Below, in pieces: positions 20,135 to 29,644 of a stretch of DNA of 64,000 nucleotides. The DNA comes from Acidobacteriota bacterium (GTDB lineage: Bacteria; Acidobacteriota; UBA6911; RPQK01; JAJDTT01), in assembly GCA_965263035.1 (NCBI GenBank), contig OZ253580.1, positions 5,152,001-5,216,000 of the forward strand. The letters are read 5' to 3'. Below the pieces are notes generated by a model. It searched no databases. It saw only the letters and a program-made list of their open reading frames with translations, and was not told the DNA's origin. Made by a program: the position numbers and the translations under genes. Numbering within the stretch: position 1 is the first letter of the stretch; the number at the start of each line of letters is the position of its first letter.

Positions 20135-20752
20135 TCAGTCCGCACCAGTCAACCGCAGCCACGTTCCTTCGTGGAAGTAGTGCACCGTAGAACCCTTTTC
20201 AAGAAAGGCATTATCGATGCCTTGATGATCGATCAGCGGTGGCTTCGGTCCTCCGTAGGCTTGGTAGACGGACAGGATGTAATCAGCCCCGGCTGGGCTC
20301 AACCAACGCGAATAGGCGATCTTTCCGCACCCGATACCTTGCAAATACCTCCGGTCCGGGGCCGATGCGAGTTCGGCCCGAACTCGGCCGTTCTCATCGA
20401 TCACAATGATCGCTGATGACCGATTTCGAGAGCAGAGCCCGGCCCACTGCGTTCGTCCGGCTTCCATGAATTCGCCTGAGACGACGTTGTGAGGTCGGTC
20501 GCTGCCCCCGGGCGGAGGGATCGAGCAGCCTTGATCGTTGTTGCCCACTGCGTTGCCCCAGGCCTGAGGAATCGAGCAACCTAGGTCGGAAAGTGCCTTC
20601 CGGATGGCCGCCGGAACCTTCTCGAATGCTGCGGGCGCCAGACGCACGATCTCCTCGTCCGCGACGCTCCAGCGGTCCTGGGTGTGAACCGAGGCACTCG
20701 TCGCGCCGAACAACAGCACGAGCATCAAGCTACGGGACACGTCTGCCGTCAC
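20135..20752 (-). CDS. Hypothetical secreted protein
   Basis: GAGGT before GTG 20752; hydrophobic leader MLVLLFGATSAS; Cys-containing globular body. Confidence 0.65.
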   Translation of the reverse strand: MTADVSRSLMLVLLFGATSASVHTQDRWSVADEEIVRLAPAAFEKVPAAIRKALSDLGCSIPQAWGNAVGNNDQGCSIPPPGGSDRPHNVVSGEFMEAGRTQWAGLCSRNRSSAIIVIDENGRVRAELASAPDRRYLQGIGCGKIAYSRWLSPAGADYILSVYQAYGGPKPPLIDHQGIDNAFLEKGSTVHYFHEGTWLRLTGAD

Positions 20753-20832
20753 ACCTCGATGCTCTTGATCGCCTCGCCGATGCCACCTTCTCTCAGAGGG
20801 GCGCCAAGCCCCTTGCCCCCTACAGACTCCCA

Positions 20833-21207
20833 TTAGTCCCCTTTGCGAGAGTCCAGACCCACCAGGGGCCGGCCCGGGTCGGAATAGGGGCGTCCCAAGC
20901 CATACTCCCGCCTGATCGACTCCTCCTTGCTACGCAGGATTCGGACTCTTCCCAGATATTCTTTCGCAGTCGCGGGATCGGCTGCAGACAGCGCCTTTTG
21001 GGACATGGAGAGGTGATAGGTGTCCACGAGCCATATCACCCCCCAAATCGTGGCCCGCATAGCAAGGCTGAGTCCCTGCGAGTAGATGAGCTCCGTGCCG
21101 AAATGGTGGATCATATAGCTTGCCAACACCATGCCCCCCAAAGACCCGCAGACCATGATCGCGCCAATGACGACCAAGGCCTTGATGCTGGCATGGCTCC
21201 AGTTCAT
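20833..21207 (-). CDS. Hypothetical membrane protein
   Basis: Two hydrophobic segments; start uncertain. Confidence 0.45.
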   Translation of the reverse strand: MNWSHASIKALVVIGAIMVCGSLGGMVLASYMIHHFGTELIYSQGLSLAMRATIWGVIWLVDTYHLSMSQKALSAADPATAKEYLGRVRILRSKEESIRREYGLGRPYSDPGRPLVGLDSRKGD

Positions 21208-22599
21208 TTCGGTTCTCAATGGGGAAATATGAAGAATCCTTAGCGCATGTGAACCGAGAGTGTTAATCAGCCAATCCGGATACGAGGCTCCGAGCGAAGA
21301 AATAATCGGTCGGGTGGGATCCCCGGATCCGGATCTCAAGGACGACCCTGGCCCTCCTTCGACTGTCCGTCCGGTAGGTCCGTTAACTGAAACTTACGGA
21401 CATTCGGCAGAAAAAGGGGGATCTGCCGACGTATTTCCGTTTCTCTCGGGGGCCGTGCATCAGCCCCGAGCCACCTGGAAACAAGCGTCAGGAGAAGATA
21501 CCGTCGTCCCTTTTGGAGGAAGTTTAGGATACAATAAGATCAATTTATTGGACTCTATGCCCCGCCCCTGACCTTCTGGTTTTCGCTCGCCGGGGTGGTC
21601 AGCCGCTGCCCCTCCTTACGTGATCTGGTGAGCCCATTGGGGTGAAAAACGAGGCCAGGATCCACACCATCGAGGTCGGTGGCCCAGCCTACAATTCGGC
21701 CAGAAAGAACTCCCCCTCATCACTGAATATTGTAGGCATTACCGTCAACCCAGAGGAACCGTTCCGGATGTCAGCACCTTCTCCCAAGACCTCGCATCTT
21801 TGCCGACAGCGAGCCAGGATCTCACTGTTCACCGTAACCGTGGGCTTCGGACTGATGGGCGCGGCGGAGCCAGCCGCGGCGCAAATCGTCCCCGTCTGTG
21901 ACCGGACCGCGGAAGTGCGCGAGGAAATCGTGAGGCTCGTGCCGGGAATAGATGACTGCGTCGACGTGACCGAGGCGCATCTGGCTGCGATTGAGGGCGA
22001 GTTTTTTCACACCGGCTGGTATGACGCTCTTCCCTCTTGGGGCGGCGGACCCTATCTCGATCGGTTGCCCCCTCCGCAGGTAGAAGAGTTGAGAGCCGGC
22101 GATTTTTCTGGACTGTCCTCAGTGACAAACCTTTACCTCGACCGCACCCCGCTGACCCGTCTGCCGGAGGGGATCTTCGCCGGTCTCTCGTCGTTGAAGG
22201 TGCTCACCTTGGATCGCACTCAGTTTAGCACTCTGCCGGAGAAGATCTTCTCCGGCCTTTCATCGCTGGAAGAACTCCGCCTGCATCAAACTCAGTTAAG
22301 CACGCTACCGGTTGGGGTATTCGCTGGCCTCTCCTCATTGAGAAAGCTCAATCTGTACCAAAGCCAGTTAAGCCTGCTGCCGGAAGGAGTTTTTGCCGGC
22401 CTCTCCTCGCTGAAACGCCTTACCCTGACTCACAATCGATTGGATACTCTGCCGAAGGGGATCTTCTCCGATCTTGTCTCGCTGAAGGAGCTCGATCTGA
22501 ATAACAATGATCTGGTCAGTCTCCCAGTCAACGTCTTCTCTAATCTCTCTTCACTGGAAGGTCTCAATCTGGATCACAATCTGTTGAGCACCCTGTCAA

Positions 22600-24337
22600 C
22601 CCAGATTATTCATGGGACATGTTGATAAGGGCTTCCAACCCGGCGTTTTCGTGCGGTCGCAGCCCGGTTTCTCTTGAAGCTCTGTCGATTCGACTGAATC
22701 GGCTCGAAAACAGGACGATTGAACCAGTCATAAACCGTTTTCCGGCCAGGGGGACCGTCACCCGCCGACAGGTTGACTTTCCGGTGAGAAATCCCCACCG
22801 TTTCGGTCCCTTCCACGGGCCCGTTTTCTCCTCCGTCCACTATCCCGGCGCCCAGGACACCCGCGCCAGTCTCTGCCACAACCGCTTCCAGTCCGTCGCC
22901 CCTTGACTGATGACGAAAATCAATCGCCTCCCCTGACGCAGCGCCCGACTCGCCACTCGCAACACCCGCTCGCGAAAACGACGCAGACTCCAGCCCCGAC
23001 GCGTCGCCTGCTCCATCAGCACCCGACCCAGGTGCAGGATCTCGTACCCCAGCAGATTCAGCAGGAACCGGACTTCGTTGTGGGGTCGAACGCCGGCCTC
23101 CGTCCTCGCTTCCGGCTTGGCTTCCGACTTCAGCGGTTGGCCCCGATAGTGCGTCTTGGGCCGGCTCGCGGAGGACAAGGCCGGATCGAGCACGTCCATG
23201 AACTCCCCCATGTGGCCTTCCGCCTTCCCCCGCTTTCGATACTGTGCCAGCAACTCCTGAGCCTCGTATCGTTTCCGGCTCAGGCTCGTCAGCAACCAGA
23301 AATGATCCGGATACAACTCCCCCGGTCGCTCCCGCACCACCAGCACCACCCGGAGCGTCAACTTCAGCGCCTTTTTCCCCAGGTAGCTGGCTCCCGGAAA
23401 AATCTCCCCGTCGATCAGGTCCCCCGTCTCGGCACAACTCGCCACCAACCCGTGGTACATCCGCTGGCGATAGTATCCGTTCCATTCGCTTCCCGGGGGA
23501 TGCCCATGGACCTCGACCGGGAGACCGTCCACGTCCAGGTACATCGTCTTTTTCCGTCTCTTCTTCCGTGGGGTCTTTTTCCCCCGTTTTCGCCGCTGGC
23601 CTTCGATCATCTCGATCCGACGGCACGCCAGCTCCGTCACCGCCTGGTGCAGGACCGGAAGGTTCTCCTCCCGGCTGAGCGTGTCCAGCAGTCGGGACAA
23701 GGTCGGCTGCGACGCCAGCCCCTGGCCCTCCTCCAAGGCCGCCGTGCCCCGACGGGTCCGGCTCGCCACCCGCAAGCTCGGATCCTGACGCAGGCGGTCG
23801 GCGTCGGACTGGTCGCGCCAGCCCTGACCCAGCAGCAGGAGTCGAGTCCGCAGCAGATCCGACAGCGGATAGCGGATCGAACTCGGGTGTCGCGGATCGT
23901 GCAACCGCTCGGTCAACCAGTCGATGAGGCCGCTGCGCTCCATCAGCTCCCGTTGCACCAGGGCTCCCGTGTCCGCACTGAGCAACTCGGGGCGGGTCTC
24001 GAGGCGGAGGGATCGGTTGAATGAGGGCCGGATCTGCGGTATCGTCTCAGGCATGGCGTGCTCCGTTCTTTGTGGTTGTTTCTTAGCACTATAATCATAC
24101 CACAAATGACGGGCACGCCGTCTCTTTATGCCGCCCTTGGAGGGGACGAAAACCGTGGAAATGCTTGGGTTTCGGCCCCCCTTGAATCCTGGGGTTAAAC
24201 CGACGTTGAAAACAAATATAGCGTTTCACCCAGGTCGGATCCCATCCGTTTTCTGTGGGTATCCCGTAACCCTCTGATCCGACTCGACATGACGGGCACG
24301 CTTGCTCATTTTATGTTTGCGTGGTGAATAATCTGGG
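22600..24337 (-). mobile_element. IS1380-family insertion sequence (1738 bp)
   Basis: TIRs CCCAGATTATTCA / TGAATAATCTGGG; 5-bp target duplication GTCAA (22595-22599, 24338-24342). Confidence 0.92.
22840..24054 (-). CDS. IS1380-family transposase, probably internally deleted
   Basis: LSADTGAL, DADRLRQDP, LASQPTLSRL, YLDVD, YRKRGKAEGHMGE; central RxDxGF segment not seen. Confidence 0.85.
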   Translation of the reverse strand: MPETIPQIRPSFNRSLRLETRPELLSADTGALVQRELMERSGLIDWLTERLHDPRHPSSIRYPLSDLLRTRLLLLGQGWRDQSDADRLRQDPSLRVASRTRRGTAALEEGQGLASQPTLSRLLDTLSREENLPVLHQAVTELACRRIEMIEGQRRKRGKKTPRKKRRKKTMYLDVDGLPVEVHGHPPGSEWNGYYRQRMYHGLVASCAETGDLIDGEIFPGASYLGKKALKLTLRVVLVVRERPGELYPDHFWLLTSLSRKRYEAQELLAQYRKRGKAEGHMGEFMDVLDPALSSASRPKTHYRGQPLKSEAKPEARTEAGVRPHNEVRFLLNLLGYEILHLGRVLMEQATRRGWSLRRFRERVLRVASRALRQGRRLIFVISQGATDWKRLWQRLARVSWAPG

Positions 24338-26633
24338 GTCAAAGGGGGTCTTCGCCGGCCTCTCGTCGCTCAAATCACTTTCCGTGGGAGGTAATCGGCT
24401 GGATCATCTGCCCGCTGGGGTCTTCGCCGACCTCCTCTCACTGGAAGATCTCGTTTTGTGGTTCAATCAACTTACACGTCTACCGGTTGGGGTCTTTTCG
24501 GGTCTTTCCACACTCAAAACACTCCGCGTGTCTGTCAATCAGTTGACCCATCTGCCGCCAGGTGTCTTTGCCGGCCTCGCCTCGCTTGCAGAACTTTCAC
24601 TGAGCCACAATCAGTTGACCCATCTACCGGCTGGGATCTTCGCCGGCCTCTCTTCACTCCGACACCTCAGCCTGTATGACAATCCCTTGACCCATCTGCC
24701 AGCCGGAATCTTCTTCGGCCTTTCCAATCTGATAGAAGTGCGAGCAGGTGGCGGCTCCAAGCCGCCATTGCCCATTCATGTTTCACTGGAGTCGGCCGGA
24801 CGAGGCCAGTTTAAAGCCAGGGCTCACACCGGAGCGCCCTTTGATATCGGCTTGACGGTCACTGTTGTCAACGGCGTCATCAGCGCTGGTCCAAACAGCA
24901 TCACCATTCCCACGGGGAGCATGGAAAGCTCCGTCTTCGAGGTTTCCCGCCGGCCGGGAACAGCCACGGCCGTAACCGTGGATATTGCAAGCTTGCCCAT
25001 TATCACCAATCACCCAAGATTTCCGGGCCTCGAACTGGTCAGGTCTCCTGATTTGCCGCTGATAGTTTTCGAACCTTTATTCGATTCGATCTTTGATTTG
25101 ACCTTTGCGCATTTCGGGAACGGACCATCGATCCGGTCCGATCTGGTGTTGGTGAATGTGGGCTCGAATCCGATCCGTCCCATCATCTACTTCTTCGACC
25201 GTGGCGGAAATCTCCTCGACGGAGGTTGGTTGGTGGAAATGACGGAAAACTTGATGGTCCGAGGGGACGGATCGTTGAGTGTGAACACAAAGATGGCGCC
25301 TTTTGAAGAACTCCTGATCTCAACCCACCATCGAAAGGTGACGGTCACCGGGTCGGTACGCGTGGTGGCCGACGGGCCGATCGGCGGAGGATTACGTTTC
25401 GACGTTTCGGACGTGGGGGTCGCCGGAGTAGGAGCAAGCTTTTCCGTTCAAGGCGCACTCTTCCCGGTTCGCAGCCAAGCGGGAGGGATCCGTACGGCGA
25501 TCGCGATTCGCAATCTAGAAGCGGAGTGGATGAAGGTAAGTTGCTCTCTGATGAAGGGAAGTTCCGTATTGGAAGAGGCGGACATCTCTCTGGCAGGTGA
25601 CGGGCAGGCGGCCCGGTTCATGGACGAGATGTTCACCGAGACGGACACCTCCAACTTCGTGGGATTGGTGTCCTGCACTGCACCGGGGACGAAACGATTC
25701 ACGGGAGCAGCGGTAGAAATGGATGTCGAAAATCAGATCTTCACGACCTTGCCGGTAGTGGCGACAGAACTAGCAAGCCGGAATGAGTCTTCGGTCCTGA
25801 ATTTTCCCCATTTCGGGAATGGGGACTCCATTCGATCCGAGTTGGTGTTGGTGAACGGCAACACTGCGGGAGTCCGGCCTTCCGTCTATTTTTTCGATCA
25901 CGAGGGTGAGCCTATTGCTCCGGAGTTGGTCATAGATGTGGAGGGGGACTTGGAAGTTAGAGAAAATGGCGCCTTGAGCGTTCTGGCGGGGATGTCCCCT
26001 CTGAGTCAGATTACGATCTCGACCCATGGGCGAGGGGAACTGGTCACCGGATCGGCGCGCGTGGTGGCAGACAGTCCCATCGGTGGGGGACTCCGATATG
26101 ACATTCCAGGCGTAGGCGTGACCGGAGTGGGAGCCGGTGAACCAGTCCGCGAAGCTATGTTTCCAGTCCGGCGCCAGCTTGGTGGCGTCACCACCGGCGT
26201 GGCGATCCTTAACCTGGAAGCGGACTCGATGACGGTGTCCTGTCAACTAATGCGAAAGGGCAGCGTATTGGAAGAGAAGAAAATCCCACTGGCAGGCCGT
26301 GGACAGACGGCCCGATTCATTGATGAATTGTTTGCCAGGACCGACACATCCGACTTCGTGGGATCCGTGCGCTGCACCACGCCAGACGGCGGGAAGTTCA
26401 CGGGAGTTGCGCTGGAGATGGACGTCGACAACCGCATCGTCACGACCTTGCCCGTGGTGCCGATTCTACAATGACTAGTCGGCGATAACCCACGAACCAC
26501 ACCCTTTCCTGGAACCTGCCCAGATCGACTGAGGGCGACGATCCTCGGGGTAACGTTTGTTAACTGAAATTTACGCAAGGGAGGGCAGGGACCGGGAGAA
26601 GGGGACAGTTACCTTTTCTAAAGCTCTGGCACT

Positions 26634-26936
26634 CTACCTGAGAACGGTGTCAAGAGGTTGAATATGCGAGACATCGATCATTGCGCCTGCCTGGGCAAGA
26701 TCGTAGCTCATCTGCATATTCATCCAGTAATGCGGCGTTGTCTTGAAGGCTTTCGCCAGTCGGAATGCAGTATCCGGTGTTACCGACGTCTGGCATTTTA
26801 CGATGCGTTCTATACGCGTTCGTGGCACGCCCAATTTCTTTGCCAAGGCCCCGGCGCTCATCTCGAGCGGCTTAAGGTACAGCTCGTCCAAGACTTCACC
26901 AGGATGCATCGCTACAAGGATATCAGCCATTTCCAT
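26634..26936 (-). CDS. higA: HigA-family addiction module antitoxin (orphan)
   Basis: MHPGEVLDELYLKPL, TPDTAFRLAKAF, YWMNMQMSYDL. Confidence 0.92.
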   Translation of the reverse strand: MEMADILVAMHPGEVLDELYLKPLEMSAGALAKKLGVPRTRIERIVKCQTSVTPDTAFRLAKAFKTTPHYWMNMQMSYDLAQAGAMIDVSHIQPLDTVLR

Positions 26937-27000
26937 CGGTCCTCATGAGGAGAAGGGGACAGTCACCTTCTCTCTTATGCCCCCTGCTCTGCTGGAGCGG

Positions 27001-27345
27001 CTATGCTTCAACGCCGAGCCGTCCGGGTCGCTCCGAGTGCGACTCGCGAATAACGATGTGTACATCGCGCCCCAGAGCCGTCAGGAGGCGCAGAAGCCGT
27101 TCCATGGAGTACTCTCGGAAGCTGCCCCGCAGCAGGCGCGACACATCGGGTTGAGACAGCCCGAGCAGCTTTGCTGCGTCGACCTGCTTGAGGCGGCGCT
27201 CTCGAATGATCTTGTCGATCTGCGTGACCAGCTTGGCCTTGAGCAGATGCGCGTCGGCATTCGGGAGTCCCAGGTCAGCGAATATGTTTCCGCTGCCGCG
27301 TTCAATCTTCACGTTGTCGGTCTTCATCGTTTTACCCTCTGCCAA
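27001..27345 (-). CDS. XRE-family HTH antitoxin
   Basis: GSGNIFADLGL, LKQVDAAKLLGLSQPDVSRLLRG, YSMERL. Confidence 0.92.
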   Translation of the reverse strand: MAEGKTMKTDNVKIERGSGNIFADLGLPNADAHLLKAKLVTQIDKIIRERRLKQVDAAKLLGLSQPDVSRLLRGSFREYSMERLLRLLTALGRDVHIVIRESHSERPGRLGVEA

Positions 27346-27700
27346 AGTTCTCGCGGTAGTGTTGCTCCGCCGCTTTCAGCCTCCGCCTGATCAGGTCGAT
27401 CTCCGGCTTCGGAGTCGCGATGCCCTGCTTGGCCTTCTTCTGGAAGGCATGTAGCACGTAGACGGCGGACCTGAACCGGACCGTATACACGGCCCGAAAG
27501 GCGTCGCCATCATGACGCGAGACCACTTCCAGGACGTTGCTGCCCAAGCCTCTGAGCGGCTTGACGTCCCGGTGTCTGAGACCAACCTGAGCTTGATAGA
27601 GCGCATAGCCGACTACGCGTCGCACGGACTCCGGAAACGTCTTCAGGTCCGCCTTGCTGGAGCCAATCCATTCAACAGGTCTCGGCAGGTCCGCGGCCAT
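27332..27700 (-). CDS. RelE/ParE-superfamily (Gp49/HigB-like) toxin
   Basis: WIGSSKADLKTFP, FRAVYTVRF, VYVLHAFQKK, TPKPEIDLIRRRL; overlaps the antitoxin. Confidence 0.92.
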   Translation of the reverse strand: MAADLPRPVEWIGSSKADLKTFPESVRRVVGYALYQAQVGLRHRDVKPLRGLGSNVLEVVSRHDGDAFRAVYTVRFRSAVYVLHAFQKKAKQGIATPKPEIDLIRRRLKAAEQHYRENFGRG

Positions 27701-27836
27701 GTCCTATTATGGTGGTTCCGCCATATCCACGCAACCTGATTCTTGACATGCAGGCCTGCCAGTGGTTCCTGTTGTTGCTCGAGCGGAACGCGCCAAACCC
27801 TCCCGACATCTGCTCCCACGCGCCGGCAATTGACCG

Positions 27837-28013
27837 CTGAAGACCATCGAGGGGTTGGCCCAAGCGGAGACCGGCGCCTGGACCTAAACCTATTTCGACG
27901 CAGCGTTCCTCACCCAGATCGAGCGACAGGTCCTGTAGGCGGACCTTGCCGGCGAGATCACCGCGTTCGTTTTCAAGGACGACAGGGAAGAGTTCAACGT
28001 GACGGAGAGTCGG
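27837..28013 (+). pseudogene. Degraded protein-coding fragment, family unknown
   Basis: LKTIEGLAQAETGAWT*TYFDAAFLTQIERQVL*ADLAGEITAFVFKDDREEFNV; two in-frame stops; ends at a cassette repeat. Confidence 0.35.
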
Positions 28014-28075
28014 GGAGAAGGGGATACCTACCTTCTCTCTCCTGTAATATTAAATGTACTCAAAAGAGGATTCTC

Positions 28076-28306
28076 ATGGCCCCGGTTTCACCGCGCTTGC
28101 CCGATGACTTATCTCAGCGCCTGCAACGGTTGGCCGACCTTACGGGGCGGAACAAGACCTTCTACATGATCGAGGCAATTCGGGAGCATCTGGACGACCT
28201 TGATGATTTGTATGTTGCTGAGCAACGGCTGGTCACCCTTCGATCCAGGGAGTCTCGGACCGTGCCGCTGGTCGAGGTGATGCGGCGTTATCGGTTGGAC
28301 GACTGA
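28076..28306 (+). CDS. RelB/CopG ribbon-helix-helix antitoxin (orphan)
   Basis: RLPDDLSQRLQRLADLTGRNKTFYMIEAIREHLDDLDDLY; GAGG RBS; AT-rich upstream region. Confidence 0.85.
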   Translation: MAPVSPRLPDDLSQRLQRLADLTGRNKTFYMIEAIREHLDDLDDLYVAEQRLVTLRSRESRTVPLVEVMRRYRLDD

Positions 28307-28322
28307 ATCGGATAAGAAACGC
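28290..28322 (+). pseudogene. RelE toxin remnant
   Basis: Overlapping frame reads I-G-W-T-T-E-S-D-K-K, like the MAWTIEFDKKA start of cognate toxins (ATG>ATC); cut at the repeat at 28323. Confidence 0.5.
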
Positions 28323-28390
28323 GGGGATGGGACAGTCTTGTTCCCCTCTTCGTCGTCTCTTCGCCGTCCCAAAGAGTCGGGCTGGTCGTA

Positions 28391-28456
28391 AGCGTAGAGG
28401 GGGGACTAATCGTCCCCCCTAACCCCCCCTAATCGGCGACAAGAAAGTCGCCGCTC
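28391..28456. repeat. REP-like element (GGCGACAAGAAAGTCGCC family), target of the group II intron
   Basis: Reverse complement of ~7974-8035; hairpin 28435-28452. Confidence 0.8.
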
Positions 28457-29163
28457 GTGCGCCCGACATGGGCTGTATCTAAGGGATGAAAGATCCCAAG
28501 GGAGGTGATGGGACCAACCCTAGCCGAACCGCAAGGCGTAGCCGCGAGGTGAAGCTGAAGGAAGCGGAAGGCAAACTGTCAATGGCCATTGAAAATTGCA
28601 CACATCGCGGGAGCCCCCGTGAAGGGAGCGGAGCGACCGCCACGGGGGCTCCCGCGGTCGGACCTGATCCCCTCATGCCTCCCTCCTTCCCGCTCCGGAT
28701 TCCTGTGCGCTGACCGCTCGGGCGGCGGTCGGATGGATCGCCCTGGAGAGCTCGGCGTGGCGGCGCAGCCGGTAGCTGTTGCCCCGGATGTTGACGATGT
28801 GGCAGCGGTGCAGGATGCGGTCCAGAAGCGCTGCCGCCATCACTTCGTCTCCCAGGATCTGGCCCCATTCCTCGAAGCCCTTGTTCGAGGTCAACACCGT
28901 CGAGGCCCGCTCGTAGCGCCGGTTCACCAGTTGGAAGAACAGAACCGCTCCGCTCTGGCCGACCGGAAGGTAGCCGATCTCATCCACCACCAGGAGCGCC
29001 GGATAGGTCAGGGTCTTGAGACGGTGGTTGAGCCGGCCCGCCGCCTTCGCTTCCTCCAAGGAGTCGATGAGGTCCACCAACGTCCCGTAGTAGACACGAC
29101 GGCCGCTCTCGGCCGCCGCGATCGCCAAGCTGATGGCCAGATGGGTCTTCCCCACTCCGGGCG

Positions 29164-29628
29164 AACCCACGACACAATGCTCACATTGCGACCTCCGTTA
29201 GAATCCATTACCCCTTTCACCCCTTAGCCGGACGAGACCTTGAACTGGCCGAGCCTCCTCGTCACGGCCAGTGTGGGGAGTGGTTCACCTGCCGGCTACC
29301 GGACAGTACTCACGCGAAGATCCCACGCTGGATGTGCCGGCCCGAAGCTGCGGCAGTGGGTCGGGTCGACGACCAGCCGCGATGCAGCGTCGGCGCCTTG
29401 CAAGAACTTCTGGACCTGATCGAGACGTTCGGGTCGAAGTCGGATTGTCAGACCACCCGGGGCAACGTTGCCCCCGGAGGACGGCATGAAGCAAAAGGAG
29501 TTCGCGTTTGCAACCCCCAACCAGCCCGAGTGGGACCAGCTACCCCCTTCGACCAGGAAGCAACTGCTGCGGCTGATGGCTCAGCTGCTGGAGCAGGCTT
29601 GGCGAGGGCAAAAGGAGGACGCCGATGA
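29164..29628 (+). CDS. Headless ORF (DUF5372/Y4bD-like); start codon supplied from 31724-31741 upon circularisation
   Basis: Stop-free frame NPRHNAHIATSVRIHYPFHPLAGRDL...KIPRWMC...ALQELLDLIE from the element boundary; track ORF 29332..29628 is its C-terminal part. Confidence 0.8.
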   Translation, partial: NPRHNAHIATSVRIHYPFHPLAGRDLELAEPPRHGQCGEWFTCRLPDSTHAKIPRWMCRPEAAAVGRVDDQPRCSVGALQELLDLIETFGSKSDCQTTRGNVAPGGRHEAKGVRVCNPQPARVGPATPFDQEATAAADGSAAGAGLARAKGGRR

Positions 29629-29644
29629 GAGGAAAGATCACTGA
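29486..29644 (+). CDS. 52-aa accessory protein upstream of the recombinase
   Basis: GGAGG RBS; MKQKEFAFATPNQPEWDQLPPSTRKQLLRLMAQLLEQAWRGQKEDADERKDH; overlaps the LSR start; below the ORF track cutoff. Confidence 0.75.
   Translation: MKQKEFAFATPNQPEWDQLPPSTRKQLLRLMAQLLEQAWRGQKEDADERKDH

Larger units (their letters stand above)
21768..26474 (+). pseudogene. Secreted leucine-rich-repeat protein split by an IS1380-family element
   Basis: 24-aa LRRs (LPxGxFxGLSSLxxLxL) on both sides; removing the IS and one GTCAA restores ...LSTLS-K-GVFAGLSSL in frame; two tandem ~230-aa C-terminal domains (FAHFGNGPSIRSDLVLVN / FPHFGNGDSIRSELVLVN). Confidence 0.9.
26596..28346. repeat. Four co-oriented ~25-bp hairpin repeats (GAGAAGG-GGACAGTCA-CCTTCTC consensus) delimiting TA cassettes
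   Basis: Copies at 26596-26619, 26950-26974, 28015-28039 and a degenerate one at 28323-28346. Confidence 0.8.

Noticed and set aside
24106-24301. 13-bp direct repeat ATGACGGGCACGC in the IS1380 leader
   Set aside because: Only two copies inside the IS non-coding end; no evidence of a separate element or function.
22090-24730. Near-repeated nucleotide blocks in the LRR gene considered as DGR template/variable repeats
   Set aside because: Explained by 24-aa LRR periodicity; no reverse transcriptase nearby and no adenine-specific pattern noticed.
26596-28346. Cassette repeats considered as integron attC sites or CRISPR repeats
   Set aside because: No RYYYAAC/GTTRRRY ends, too short, spacing irregular (about 0.3-1 kb), and no integron integrase in the window.
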